NCBI GenBank assembly: GCA_947503365.1
Contig: CANNDT010000007.1
Coordinates: forward strand, 18,812 to 82,811
Source: Acidobacteriota bacterium
GTDB taxonomy: Bacteria > Acidobacteriota > Vicinamibacteria > Vicinamibacterales > UBA2999
Direction: 5' to 3'
Length of the DNA: 64,000 bases
Part shown: positions 1 to 10,539 of the stretch, in pieces
How the letters are laid out: each line of letters opens with the position of its first letter
Position numbering within the stretch: the first letter of the stretch is position 1
The notes under the pieces: model-generated
Database searches by the model: none
Told to the model about the DNA's origin: nothing
Seen by the model: the letters and a program-made list of their open reading frames with translations, nothing else
Translations under genes and position numbers: made by a program

Positions 1-495
1 GTAGCGCTTCGTCGTCCCGTACTTGAATGCGCGCGGCCCGCCGGCGCACTCCGCGACGTTGCCGCCAATCGACGACTTCTCGAGGCTCGCCGGATCGGGG
101 GGATAGAACAGCCCGACTTTCTCGACCGCGCGCTGCAGATCACCGGTGATGACATGGGGCTCGACGACCGCGAGCAGGTTCAGCTCGTCGATCTCGATGA
201 TGCGGTTGAGGCGCTCCATCGAGAGCACCACCCCGCCGCGCGTCGGCACGGCGCCGCCCGTGTAACCCGTGCCCGCGCCGCGGACGACGAGCGGTACGCG
301 CTGCTCGTTGCACAGCGTCGCGATCGCGGCGATCTCTTTCGTGTTGGCGGGGGTGACGACGAGGTCAGGAAGATGCGAGATGCCGAGGGCATCGACGCCG
401 TATTGCTCGAGAGCCGAGGCATCCGAGCGAACGTGCGCGGCGCCGACCGCTTCACGCAGTCCGTCTTCGAAGCGCTTGGGTAATTCGGCAGACAT
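1..495 (-). CDS. FAD-linked oxidase, glycolate oxidase GlcD-like (3' end runs off the window)
   Basis: Manual translation from ATG at 495: MSAELPKRFEDGLREAVG...RGAGTGYTGGAVP...FYPPDPAS...SIGGNVAECAGGPRAFKYGTT, typical FAD_binding_4/GlcD motifs. Not in the ORF track. Confidence 0.85.
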   Translation of the reverse strand, partial: MSAELPKRFEDGLREAVGAAHVRSDASALEQYGVDALGISHLPDLVVTPANTKEIAAIATLCNEQRVPLVVRGAGTGYTGGAVPTRGGVVLSMERLNRIIEIDELNLLAVVEPHVITGDLQRAVEKVGLFYPPDPASLEKSSIGGNVAECAGGPRAFKYGTTKRY

Positions 496-508
496 TCACA
501 GCGACGAC

Positions 509-572
509 ACACCGAGGCTCCGAGGCACCGAGAACGTTTGGTAGGTACCTCGGTGTCCCGGTGCCTCGGTGT
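509..572. repeat. Intergenic inverted array of 8-bp units (CACCGAGG-like x3 / CCTCGGTG-like x3)
   Basis: ACACCGAGG-CTCCGAGG-CACCGAG, a spacer, then CCTCGGTG-TCCCGGTG-CCTCGGTGT; can fold into a long hairpin. Confidence 0.85.
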
Positions 573-578
573 CCCGTA

Positions 579-1790
579 TCAGCGGGAGGCGCCCGCCTTG
601 GCCGGTTGAAGCGACTCCGCAAACCTCAGGATGCGGGTCGCACCCTCGCGAAGCTGCTCCATCGACGTCGCGTACGAGATGCGCAGGTAGCCCGGCGCGT
701 CGAAGGCCTCACCCGGCGTCACGACCACGTATTCTTTCTCGAGGAGCTTCGCCGCGAAGTCGGCCGAGCTCGTCACGCCGTTCTCCGCGGAGAACAGGCC
801 GCGGATATCCGGGAACAGGTAGAACGCACCGCTCGGCTTGACGCACTTGATGCCGGGGTTCGCGGTCAGCCAGCCGTGGATGGCGTCGCGCCGCGTCCGG
901 TATTCGTTGAGCATCGCCACCACCGAATCCTGCGGACCGGAGATCGCCGTGAGCGCCGCCTTCTGCGTAATCGACGTGATGTTCGACGTCGTCTGGCCCT
1001 GGATCACGTTGAAGGCCGCGGTCAGCTCCTTCGGCGCAATCGTCCAGCCGCAGCGCCAGCCGGTCATGGCGTACGCCTTCGACGCGGATCCGGCCAACAC
1101 CGTGCGGTCGCGGTGCAGATCGAACAGCACCTTCGGCAGGTTGTGCGGCACCGGCTCGTAGATCAACTGCTCGTAGCAGAGATCGACGATGACCCAGATC
1201 CCCTGCGCCTTCGCTGCCGTGACGATCGTGGCGGTCGTCGATTCGTCGACCAGCGCGCCGGTCGGGTTGCAGGGCGAGTTGATGATGATGCCCTTGGTGC
1301 GCGGCGTGATGGCCGCGATCATCTGCTCGGCGTGCACCGCGAACCCGTCGTCGGGCCGGGACGCGACGATGACCGGGGTGGCGCCCACGAGCTTGATCTG
1401 CTCGGGAATCGTCGGCCAGTACGGCGCGTGCGTGATGACCTCGTCGCCTTCTTCGAACAGCGCGAGCGCGGCGTTGAAGAGCGCCTGCTTACCACCGGCG
1501 GTCAGCAGCACTTCGGCCGGACCGAACTCGATGCCGTAGTCGCGCTTGTAGCGGGCGCAGATCGCCTCGCGCAGCTCGGGAATGCCGGCGGCTGCGGTGT
1601 AGCGCGTGAAATTGGCGTCAATCGCGTCCTTGCCCGCCGTCTTCACGTGCTCTGGCGTCGTGAAATCCGGCTCGCCGGCGCTGAAGTCGACGACGTCGAA
1701 TCCGGCGCGGCGAAGGCGCTCGGCCTCCGCGGCCACCTTGAGGGTGGCTGACACTGATACTTGCGCGAGTCTCTTTGCGAACATACCCAT
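579..1790 (-). CDS. PLP-dependent aminotransferase class I/II (aspartate aminotransferase family)
   Basis: GEPDF, NSPCNPTG and SKAYAMTGWRCG (PLP-lysine) motifs. Confidence 0.92.
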   Translation of the reverse strand: MGMFAKRLAQVSVSATLKVAAEAERLRRAGFDVVDFSAGEPDFTTPEHVKTAGKDAIDANFTRYTAAAGIPELREAICARYKRDYGIEFGPAEVLLTAGGKQALFNAALALFEEGDEVITHAPYWPTIPEQIKLVGATPVIVASRPDDGFAVHAEQMIAAITPRTKGIIINSPCNPTGALVDESTTATIVTAAKAQGIWVIVDLCYEQLIYEPVPHNLPKVLFDLHRDRTVLAGSASKAYAMTGWRCGWTIAPKELTAAFNVIQGQTTSNITSITQKAALTAISGPQDSVVAMLNEYRTRRDAIHGWLTANPGIKCVKPSGAFYLFPDIRGLFSAENGVTSSADFAAKLLEKEYVVVTPGEAFDAPGYLRISYATSMEQLREGATRILRFAESLQPAKAGASR

Positions 1791-1794
1791 TCTT

Positions 1795-1849
1795 CCCCCT
1801 GCTCCCTAACCCCTGCTCCCTAACCCCTAACCCCTAGCCCCTAGCCCCT
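1795..1849 (-). repeat. Heptamer tandem repeat (TTAGGGG/CTAGGGG/GCAGGGG-like), 8 G-tracts on the mRNA strand
   Basis: Minus strand AGGGGCTAGGGGCTAGGGGTTAGGGGTTAGGGAGCAGGGGTTAGGGAGCAGGGGG, spanning the coaD stop to the aminotransferase start. Confidence 0.9.
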
Positions 1850-2359
1850 GACCGCTAGTTCGTTGTGCTTTCTACGCATCCACGTCTCGACGGGCGCCGG
1901 CACGAGGCCGCGCACTTCCCCGCCAAGCTTGAAGACTTCCCTGATCAGCCGTGAGCTCACAAACGTGTACTGCTCCGCCGGCATCATGAACACGGTTTCG
2001 AGCGAGGGCTCGAGATGCCGGTTCATCAACGCCATCTGAAACTCGTACTCGAAGTCCGACACCGCGCGAAGTCCGCGGACGATGGCGCTGGCGCGGCGTT
2101 GGCGCGCGTACTCCACCAGCAGGCCGCCAAAGCTGTCGACCTCGACGTTGGGGTATTCGTGAAACACCTCACGAATGATCTCCACGCGCTCGGAGGTCGT
2201 GAACAGCGGCTCTTTCTCCGCGTTGATCAGCACCGCGACCACGATCCGCTCGAACAGGTGCGCGCTGCGCAAGATCAGATCGACGTGCCCATTGGTGAGC
2301 GGGTCGAACGATCCCGGAAAGATGGCGAGGCGTCCGGAGGGCGCGCCCGAAGGTATCAT
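1841..2359 (-). CDS. coaD: Pantetheine-phosphate adenylyltransferase
   Basis: FPGSFDPLTNGH and RGLRAVSDFEYE motifs; adjacent to rsmD. Confidence 0.97.
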   Translation of the reverse strand: MIPSGAPSGRLAIFPGSFDPLTNGHVDLILRSAHLFERIVVAVLINAEKEPLFTTSERVEIIREVFHEYPNVEVDSFGGLLVEYARQRRASAIVRGLRAVSDFEYEFQMALMNRHLEPSLETVFMMPAEQYTFVSSRLIREVFKLGGEVRGLVPAPVETWMRRKHNELAVRG

Positions 2360-2898
2360 CGTGGCCTCGTCATGAATGTCAGCGTGCTGTCGCCGGACTT
2401 GACGTCGCGCACGCGCGTCAGTGCGGCAGGAACCTCGGGCTCGCGCCGGGTGGCGCGCTCGAGTACCACCAGACCATCCGCACTGAGCACGGCGGCGGCA
2501 GCCTCGAGCGCCGGCATCACCGAATCAGCATCGTACGGGGGATCCAGGAAGATCAGGTCGAATGCCGCGCCAGCCGGGAGACGTCGCAGCACGGTGGCTA
2601 CGTCACCCCGATGAATAGTATAGCCTCGCTCCACGCCGCAGAGCGCGAGGTTGGCCTCGATCAACGCCGCCGCGCGGGCATTCTTCTCGACAAACGTGAC
2701 TTCCCTGGCGCCACGGCTCAAGGCCTCGATGCCCACGGCGCCCGTGCCCGCGTATCCGTCGAGCACGCGCGCATCCGCGACGCGGGCCGCGAGGATATTG
2801 AACAGCGTTTCGCGCAGCTTGTCGGAGGTCGGCCGCAGGCCGTCCCACGTCGGCGCCTTGAGGTGGCGACCCTTAAAAATCCCGGCGATTACGCGCAT
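2356..2898 (-). CDS. rsmD: 16S rRNA m2G966 methyltransferase
   Basis: MRVIAG...RPTSDKLRETLFN, DGYAGTG, FLDPPY. Start moved to 2898 because the ORF-track extension runs through a repeat. Confidence 0.95.
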   Translation of the reverse strand: MRVIAGIFKGRHLKAPTWDGLRPTSDKLRETLFNILAARVADARVLDGYAGTGAVGIEALSRGAREVTFVEKNARAAALIEANLALCGVERGYTIHRGDVATVLRRLPAGAAFDLIFLDPPYDADSVMPALEAAAAVLSADGLVVLERATRREPEVPAALTRVRDVKSGDSTLTFMTRPR

Positions 2899-2907
2899 GT
2901 CTCTTTT

Positions 2908-3010
2908 GCCACGAAGACCACGAAGACAAGGCCACGAAGGCACGAAGAAACCATTTTGAGGCTTCGTGATCTTCGTGACCTTCGTGGCTGGTCTTCGTGA
3001 CCTTCGTGGC
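2908..3010. repeat. CACGAAG/CTTCGTG ~9-bp tandem inverted element, copy A
   Basis: 4 CACGAAG units followed by 5 CTTCGTG units; abuts the recG stop codon. Confidence 0.92.
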
Positions 3011-5097
3011 TAACCAACTTCGATCAACCCGAACTGCTGCTGCCAGCGCTCCAGCACGAACTGCAGCAGCTCGCCGCTCAGGCCGCCCTGCTCGACGATC
3101 CGCCGCGCCTCACGGTGGGCGTCTTCCATGACATCGCGGTCGCGCACGAGATCGCCCGTCCGCAGCGTCGGCAACCCGGACTGGCGCGTGCCAAAGAAAT
3201 CGCCGGGGCCGCGCAGCTCGAGATCGCGTTCGGCAATCACGAAACCATCGTTTGAGTCCGCCAGCGCCTTCAACCGTTCCCGCGCATCGTCGGTCCACGG
3301 TGACTGGTAGAGCAGCACGCAGTGCGACTCCCACTGGCCGCGGCCGACGCGGCCACGGAGCTGATGCAACTGCGACAGCCCGAACCGCTCCGCGTGCTCG
3401 ACGACCATCACCGAGGCGTTCGCCACGTCGACGCCGACTTCAACGACCGTCGTGGAGACGAGGATGTGGATCTGCCCGGCGGCAAACGCCGACATGACGC
3501 GGTCCTTGGCGTCCTGCTTCATCCGGCCATGCAGCAGCGCCACGCGGTAGGCGGGGAAGATCTCGGCCTGCAGGTGATCCGCCATCTCGGTGGCTGACTT
3601 CAGATCGATCTTTTCGGAGCCCTCGACGAGCGGATAGATGATGTACGCCTGGCGGCCGGCGTCGAGTTGATCCCGAATGAGCTGATAGATCTCGTCGCGG
3701 CGCGACTCGGGCTTGACCCACGTGCGGATCGGCGTCCGCCCCGGCGGCAGGTCAGGGATCTTCGAGACGTCGAGCTCGCTGTAATCGGTGAGCGCCAGCG
3801 TCCGCGGAATCGGCGTCGCGGTCATCAGCAGCACGTCCGGCCTCAGCCCCTTGCCGCGCAACGCCGCGCGCTGCGCCACGCCGAATCGATGCTGCTCGTC
3901 GATGACCACCAGCCCGAGCTTGTGAAACGTGGTTGATTCCTGGACGAGCGCGTGGGTGCCGACGATCAGGTTCGTGGTGCCCCGCTCGATGTGCGCATAG
4001 AGCGTGTGCTTGTGCAGCGGCGGCGTGCTCCCCGTCAGGAGATCGACGCGGAAGCGCGACTGCGACAGCAGCCGCGCGATGTTGCCGTAGTGCTGCGACG
4101 CCAGGATCTCGGTCGGCGCCATGAACGCCACCTGCAGGCCGTTTTCCATCGCGACAATCGCCGCCAGCAGCGCGACGATCGTCTTGCCGGCGCCGACATC
4201 GCCTTGCAGCAGCCGATGCATCGGTTGCGGCTCGAGCATGTCCTCGACGATCTCTTTGAGCGCCTGCCGCTGCCCCGGCGTGAGCTTGAACGGAAGGATC
4301 TTGGCCGCCGAGGAGCGGATGCGGTCGTCCACCTTGAGGACAAACGGCTTCGGGTCCGCGCTCGTCGCATGGCGGCGCCAGGCGTGACCCACCTGGTAGA
4401 GGAAGAACTCTTCGAAGATCATCCGGCGCTGCGCCGGCGTCCTGAAGGCATTGAGCTCGTCTACCGCCGCGTCGTTCGGCGGGAAGTGTGAGGCCTCGAT
4501 CGCCGCGCGGCGCGGCAGCAAGTGGAGGCGTTCTCGAATGTCGGCGGGCAGGAGGTCTGGAATCTCCGCGGGCAGCTCGTCGAGCGCCTGGCGCACCAGC
4601 TTGCGCTGCATGTTCGGCGTGACCGTGCCGGTCTTCTCGTAGAACGGCACGACGCGCCCCGTGTGGAGGCCGGTGAGATCGTCGGTGACGAGCTCGTACT
4701 CGGGGTTCATGAAGTGCAGCCCGGACGAGTCGAGCTTGACGTCGCCAAAGATGACGACCTGCTGGTGCGGCACCAGGATGTCCGCGAGATACGCCTGGTT
4801 CATCCACGTGCAGCGAATCGCGCCGCTCGCGTCGCCGATGACCGCGTTGAAGATTTTGAAGCCTCGACGACGAGTGATGGAGAGCTTGCAGCTCTTGATC
4901 TCGCCAAGCACCGCAGCCTTGTTGCCGGGTCGCAACGAGACGATCGGCTGCATCTTGCTGCGATCCTCGTAGCGGAACGGCAGCCGATAGAGCAGGTCTT
5001 CGACGGTGAGCAGGCCGGCGCGTGCGAGATCCGCCGCTTTGCGCGGTCCTACGCCTTTGAGAAATTGGAGCGGAGTCGAGAGGAGATCGTCGCGCAA
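3010..5097 (-). CDS. recG: ATP-dependent DNA helicase RecG
   Basis: QGDVGAGKT, DEQHRFGV, MTATPIPRT, QLRGRVGR and RGPGDFFGTRQSG motifs. Confidence 0.97.
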   Translation of the reverse strand: MRDDLLSTPLQFLKGVGPRKAADLARAGLLTVEDLLYRLPFRYEDRSKMQPIVSLRPGNKAAVLGEIKSCKLSITRRRGFKIFNAVIGDASGAIRCTWMNQAYLADILVPHQQVVIFGDVKLDSSGLHFMNPEYELVTDDLTGLHTGRVVPFYEKTGTVTPNMQRKLVRQALDELPAEIPDLLPADIRERLHLLPRRAAIEASHFPPNDAAVDELNAFRTPAQRRMIFEEFFLYQVGHAWRRHATSADPKPFVLKVDDRIRSSAAKILPFKLTPGQRQALKEIVEDMLEPQPMHRLLQGDVGAGKTIVALLAAIVAMENGLQVAFMAPTEILASQHYGNIARLLSQSRFRVDLLTGSTPPLHKHTLYAHIERGTTNLIVGTHALVQESTTFHKLGLVVIDEQHRFGVAQRAALRGKGLRPDVLLMTATPIPRTLALTDYSELDVSKIPDLPPGRTPIRTWVKPESRRDEIYQLIRDQLDAGRQAYIIYPLVEGSEKIDLKSATEMADHLQAEIFPAYRVALLHGRMKQDAKDRVMSAFAAGQIHILVSTTVVEVGVDVANASVMVVEHAERFGLSQLHQLRGRVGRGQWESHCVLLYQSPWTDDARERLKALADSNDGFVIAERDLELRGPGDFFGTRQSGLPTLRTGDLVRDRDVMEDAHREARRIVEQGGLSGELLQFVLERWQQQFGLIEVG

Positions 5098-5104
5098 CGA
5101 GAAA

Positions 5105-5713
5105 TCATTGCACGATCACTGCGTGCCCCTGGCCCACTTCGATCTGCCGGATCTTCGATGGCAGCGCGAACGCATCGTCCATCGACACGCCCTCGGGGTG
5201 CTTGGGAGTCTTCGAGTACTGGCTGACAAGCTCCTGCAGCAGTGTCTTTGGCACCGGCACGCCGGCGATGTCGGCGCTTTGCAGCTCGAAGCGCGCCATG
5301 CCGTCGCGCGTGTGCAGGATGCCGATGACGTTCACCGGTACGCGGCCGCCGACGAGGCTCCACGGATCGAACGTGCCGCCGGTGGCGCGCTTCTTCGCGA
5401 CCGCCTCGAGATCAACAGTCGCCTGTCCCGCGACCTTGCCCTCGCCGACGATCGTGATCTTCGGTTGCGTCAACCCGTTGGGGAGCAGCGGCTGCGCCTG
5501 GTAGGTGAACCAGGAGTTGAGCTCGTCTTCGCTGAGTGGCGTCCGCCGTGCGGCAGCCGTGGACTTGGTGCTGACTTCACCCTGCTTTTGAATCAGCGCA
5601 ACTTTTTTCGAGAAAGAGGCGGCGTTCTGTTGAGAGAGGGTTGCCGCCTGAAGCGGTACAAGGGCGATAAGTACTAGAAGAATCAGGGCGCTACGGGATG
5701 ACGGCATAACCAT
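5105..5713 (-). CDS. Exported hypothetical protein (possibly DUF2993/LmeA-like fold)
   Basis: Signal-peptide-like N-terminus (SALILLVLIALVPLQA); fills the gap upstream of recG. Fold guess is weak. Confidence 0.65.
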   Translation of the reverse strand: MVMPSSRSALILLVLIALVPLQAATLSQQNAASFSKKVALIQKQGEVSTKSTAAARRTPLSEDELNSWFTYQAQPLLPNGLTQPKITIVGEGKVAGQATVDLEAVAKKRATGGTFDPWSLVGGRVPVNVIGILHTRDGMARFELQSADIAGVPVPKTLLQELVSQYSKTPKHPEGVSMDDAFALPSKIRQIEVGQGHAVIVQ

Positions 5714-5755
5714 GGACGGCCCTTTCTGGACTACTTTTCGAGTGTAGCATCCTTC

Positions 5756-5786
5756 TTGATCTTCGCCTTCTGTTCGCATATAGTTT
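5756..5786 (+). promoter_or_regulatory. lexA sigma70 promoter overlapped by putative LexA boxes
   Basis: TTGATC(5756)-17 bp-TATAGT(5779), overlapped by CTTC-N7-GTTC-N7-GTTT (5761-5786), matching the GTTC-N7-GTTC type of SOS box. Confidence 0.7.
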
Positions 5787-5846
5787 CGCCAGCTCGGCGG
5801 CCGCTCTAAATAACTCTGGGCCGAGCAGTCGACAGGAGGATGTGCC

Positions 5847-6458
5847 GTGCTTCCGCTCACCAAACGTCAGCGTGAAATCCTGGACTACCTCAATGAGTTC
5901 ATCCAGCAGCACGGCTACGCGCCGAGCCTCGAAGAGATCGGCCGGCGTTTCAACCTCTCTTCGCTCGCAACCGTCCACAAGCACCTCACCAACCTTCAGG
6001 AAAAGGGCTTCATCCGGCGCGCCTGGAATCGCAGCCGATCGGTTGAGCTCGTGCCGACGCGCGCGGGCGGACGCGCGGTCGAGCTGCCCCTGCTCGGCTT
6101 CGTCGCCGCGGGCGTGCCGATCGAAGCCGTCGATCCCGCCAACAGCGAGACGATTGCGGTGCCCGAAGCGCTCATCGGCAAGGGCGACAGCTACGTGCTG
6201 CGCGTCAAGGGCGACTCGATGATCGACGAGCAGATTCGCGACGGCGACTTCGTCATCGTCGAGAACCGCAAGTCGGTGGACAACGGCGAAATGGTCATTG
6301 CCCTGCTCGGCGGCGTCGACGTGACGCTGAAGAAGTTCTATCGCGAGAACGGCAGGGTGCGCCTGCAGCCCGCCAACCCCGCGATGCAGCCGATCATGGT
6401 CGGACCCAACGACGTCGAAGTGCAGGGCGTCGTCGTCGGCGTCATGCGCAAGTATTAG
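5847..6458 (+). CDS. lexA: SOS repressor LexA
   Basis: LTKRQREILDY winged HTH, VAAG cleavage site, GDSM catalytic Ser, TLKK. Confidence 0.97.
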   Translation: MLPLTKRQREILDYLNEFIQQHGYAPSLEEIGRRFNLSSLATVHKHLTNLQEKGFIRRAWNRSRSVELVPTRAGGRAVELPLLGFVAAGVPIEAVDPANSETIAVPEALIGKGDSYVLRVKGDSMIDEQIRDGDFVIVENRKSVDNGEMVIALLGGVDVTLKKFYRENGRVRLQPANPAMQPIMVGPNDVEVQGVVVGVMRKY

Positions 6459-6484
6459 GCTTCAGGGTTCAGGCCTCAGTTCAG
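6458..6484 (+). repeat. Short heptamer tandem repeat after the lexA stop (GGCTTCA-GGGTTCA-GGCCTCA-GTTCA)
   Basis: 7-bp periodicity starting at the stop codon. Confidence 0.55.
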
Positions 6485-6511
6485 CGCTGGTCACGAGTAG
6501 AATCGTTGACC

Positions 6512-6835
6512 ATGAGCGACCAACAAGAGCCCAAGCAGGTTAACTTCACGATCATTCCCGACGAGCAGGGCGGACAGCCGCGTATCTACGCCAACTTCTG
6601 CTCGATCGCGCATACCCCCTTCGATTTCACGCTGACCTTCTGCGAAGTCATGCCGTTGTCTGAACAGGAAGTGCGCGCGGCCGAGACGAACCACATCGTC
6701 AAGGCACCGGTCAAAGCGCGCGTCGTCGTCCCCGTCCAGTTCATCCCGAATCTCGTGGCCGCCCTCCAGGAACACATGCGCGTGTTCTCTGAGTCCTACT
6801 CGAACGTGGGCTGGAGCAAAGGTCCGGTTCACTGA
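6512..6835 (+). CDS. DUF3467-like small protein
   Basis: IYANF...HTPFDFTLTF...ARVVVP pattern of this family. Confidence 0.75.
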   Translation: MSDQQEPKQVNFTIIPDEQGGQPRIYANFCSIAHTPFDFTLTFCEVMPLSEQEVRAAETNHIVKAPVKARVVVPVQFIPNLVAALQEHMRVFSESYSNVGWSKGPVH

Positions 6836-6836
6836 G

Positions 6837-7553
<717 letters not shown>

Positions 7554-7897
7554 GGCCGTCGATCTCATTCCGAAACGCTTCCGGCGCGAAATGAAGAACC
7601 TCGCGCTGGTGGTCGAAGACGCGCCGAGCGCCGAGCTTCTCGAGGATATGGAGATCGAGCCGCCGGACTCTCTCTACGGCCTTTACCATGGCACTCCCCT
7701 GCCGGAGCGGACCTGGGGCTTTGGCAACAACCTTCCCGACCGCATCACCATCTACCAGCAGCCGATCGAAGAGGATTGCGACGACGAGGACGAGATGCGC
7801 ACGATGATCGGCGAGACGCTCATCCACGAGGTCGGTCACTACTTCGGCATGAGCGAGGAACAGATCGAGGACATCGAAGAGCGCTACTGGCGAGGCG

Positions 7898-8713
7898 ATG
7901 TCGACGACCAATAGCCCTGGCAAGCACCGGGCGAGGAAGCGCTTCGGCCAGCATTTCCTCGAACCGGCCTGGGTCAACAAGCTCATTGCCGCGGTCAACC
8001 CGTCGACTGACGACACCTTTCTCGAGATCGGTCCGGGCCGCGGTGCCCTGACCAAGGCGCTGGCCCCGCTAGTCGGACGGATCGTCGCCGTGGAGATCGA
8101 CCGCGACCTCGCCGCGGCGCTGCCGGCCCAGGTCCCTCCCAACGTCCGGGTCGTCGAGGGTGACTTTCTCCACGTCGATCTCGACGCGGTGCTGCGGGGC
8201 GAACAGGTCCCGATGCGCGTCATCGGCAATCTGCCCTACAACGTGGCCTCACCCATCCTCTTCGCGCTGCTGGACGCGGCCGACGATGGCCGACGGTTCG
8301 TGGATGCCACGCTGATGCTGCAGAAGGAGGTCGCGGACCGGCTCGTCGCCGAACCCGGCTCCGACGACTACGGGGCGCTGGCGATCCAGGTGTCGCTGCT
8401 GGCCCGGGTGGATCGGATCCTGACGTTGCCACCAGGCGCCTTCCGTCCCCCGCCCAAGGTCACGTCCGCCGTCGTCCGTCTCCAGTTCCACCCGCCACGC
8501 GAAGACGTGGGCAACCGGGCGACGTTTGAACGGGTGGTTCGGGGCGTCTTTCTCCAGCGCCGGAAGACCCTTTTGAACGCCCTCAAGCCCGTGGCCGATT
8601 CCTTCAGCCGATCCGCCTCGGAACTTATTGAGCGGGCGGGGGTTGATGGCTCCAAGCGTCCCGAGGCGCTGACCCTCGCCGAAATGGCACGGCTTGCACG
8701 AGCTGTGCTATAG
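7898..8713 (+). CDS. rsmA: 16S rRNA adenine dimethyltransferase RsmA/KsgA
   Basis: KRFGQHFL, EIGPGRG, GNLPYN, QKEVA, FRPPPKVTS. Confidence 0.96.
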   Translation: MSTTNSPGKHRARKRFGQHFLEPAWVNKLIAAVNPSTDDTFLEIGPGRGALTKALAPLVGRIVAVEIDRDLAAALPAQVPPNVRVVEGDFLHVDLDAVLRGEQVPMRVIGNLPYNVASPILFALLDAADDGRRFVDATLMLQKEVADRLVAEPGSDDYGALAIQVSLLARVDRILTLPPGAFRPPPKVTSAVVRLQFHPPREDVGNRATFERVVRGVFLQRRKTLLNALKPVADSFSRSASELIERAGVDGSKRPEALTLAEMARLARAVL

Positions 8714-8842
8714 TTTTCCCCGGAAGTCGTTGACCCTGCCCGCTTTTCAGGCGTTCCCAGCGTCCTGATCCACCGATTCGCCGACCCGCCAGGGCCGATG
8801 GACGGTTTTGAAGAATTCAGTTCTCGTTTTGCTGGGCTCCTA

Positions 8843-10537
8843 ATGAATCAGTCCGCGCTACCTGCGGTGTCTCCGGCCACCCTCGAGGTCGTCGCCCTTG
8901 GCGGCCTTGGCGAGTTCGGCATGAACATGATGGCCGTGTCATGGGAGGACACGACTGTCCTGATTGATGCGGGCGTGATGTTCCCGGACCCGGACCAGCT
9001 TGGCGTCGATCTGATCATCCCGGACATGGCCTATGTCGAGGCCCGGAGCAAGCAGGTCAAGGCGCTGATTCTGACGCACGGCCACGAAGACCACATCGGC
9101 GGCGTCGCCCACGTCATGCCGCTCTTCGACGGCCCGGTCTACGGCACCGCGTTCACGCTGGCCGTGCTCGAGCCGAAGCTCGAAGAGCACGGCATCGGGC
9201 CCGAGCGGCTGACCACCGTCCAGCCCCGCGACACGATCACGGTCGGTCCCTTCACGATCGAGTTCATCCGCGTGACGCACAGCATGCCTGACTGCGTCGC
9301 GCTCGCCATCACCACGCCTGCCGGCATCATCATCCACACCGGCGACTTCAAGATCGACCAGACGCCGATCGACGGCCAGCACTTCGACCTGCACCGCTTC
9401 GCCGAGTTGGGCCAGCAAGGCGTGCTCGCGCTCTTTGCCGACAGTACCAACGTCGATCGCAAGGGCTTTACCGGTTCAGAAGTGGAGGTCATCGAGGCCT
9501 TCGAAGAGATCTTCACGAGCACGCACGGCAAGCTGGTGGTCGCCTCGTTCTCGTCGAGCATCTACCGGATGCAGGTGCTGGTCGATCTCGCCGTGCAGTT
9601 CGAGCGCAAGGTCGCGTTTGTCGGCCGCAGCATGATGAGAAACGCGGAGATTGCCCAGCGCCTCGGATACCTGCGGGTGCCGGCGGGTGTGCAGATTCGC
9701 GATTCAGACGTGAGCAACTACGCCTCGCAGGACATCCTGTGCCTCGCCACCGGATCGCAGGGCGAGCCGCGCGCCGCCCTGGCCCGCATCTCGATTGACG
9801 ACCATCGCTTCGTCAAGCTCGGGCCCGAAGACACCGTCGTCCTCTCCGCGCGCGCCATTCCCGGCAATGAGAAGGCGATCGCCCGCACCATGAGCCACAT
9901 CGCGCGCCGCGGCGCGGACGTGATCACCGACAACATGAAGCACGTTCACGTCTCGGGCCATGGCAGCGCCGAGGAGCTGAAGCTCGTGCTCTCGCTGGTC
10001 CGCCCGCGCTACTTCGTCCCCGTGCACGGCGAATACCGCCAGCTCTCGCAGCACGCGCGGATCGCCGAGCGCGTCATGAGAGGCACCGACCGGAAGGTGC
10101 AGTCGCTGCTCGCGACCGACGGCGACATCATCCAGTTCGATCAGCACGGCGCGCGGATCGCCGACAAGGCGCCGACCGGCCGCGTGCTGATCGACGTGAC
10201 TCGCACGGGCGAAGTGGGCGACGAGGTGTTGCGCGATCGGCGTCACATCGCCGGCGACGGCGTCGTCGTCGCGGTCGTCACGATCAGCCGCCAGACGGGG
10301 GTCCTGATTGGCGAGCCCGAACTGGTGGCCCGCGGATTTGTCGTTGACGAGCGCGACAGTGGGTCGTTGTTTGACGATGCGGCGGGCGTCATTGCGGCGT
10401 GCATCGAGTCGTCCAGCGTCGAGGAACGTACGGATCAGGGGCTCATGACGGAAAAGCTTCGCGGTGAGCTGCGAAGATTCTTCAAGAAACGTTCGGGGCG
10501 CCGGCCCATGGTGTTGCCGGTACTCATGGAGATCTGA
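8843..10537 (+). CDS. rnj: Ribonuclease J
   Basis: LGGLGEFGMN, THGHEDHIG, HTGDFK, HVSGHG, PVHGE; start uncertain (8798 or 8843). Confidence 0.95.
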   Translation: MNQSALPAVSPATLEVVALGGLGEFGMNMMAVSWEDTTVLIDAGVMFPDPDQLGVDLIIPDMAYVEARSKQVKALILTHGHEDHIGGVAHVMPLFDGPVYGTAFTLAVLEPKLEEHGIGPERLTTVQPRDTITVGPFTIEFIRVTHSMPDCVALAITTPAGIIIHTGDFKIDQTPIDGQHFDLHRFAELGQQGVLALFADSTNVDRKGFTGSEVEVIEAFEEIFTSTHGKLVVASFSSSIYRMQVLVDLAVQFERKVAFVGRSMMRNAEIAQRLGYLRVPAGVQIRDSDVSNYASQDILCLATGSQGEPRAALARISIDDHRFVKLGPEDTVVLSARAIPGNEKAIARTMSHIARRGADVITDNMKHVHVSGHGSAEELKLVLSLVRPRYFVPVHGEYRQLSQHARIAERVMRGTDRKVQSLLATDGDIIQFDQHGARIADKAPTGRVLIDVTRTGEVGDEVLRDRRHIAGDGVVVAVVTISRQTGVLIGEPELVARGFVVDERDSGSLFDDAAGVIAACIESSSVEERTDQGLMTEKLRGELRRFFKKRSGRRPMVLPVLMEI

Positions 10538-10539
10538 CC

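Noticed and set aside
8685-8698. sigma54-like TGGCAC...TTGCA upstream of rnj
   Set aside because: GG-GC spacing is 8 nt rather than 10; the extended -10 TGCTATAGT nearby is a better explanation.
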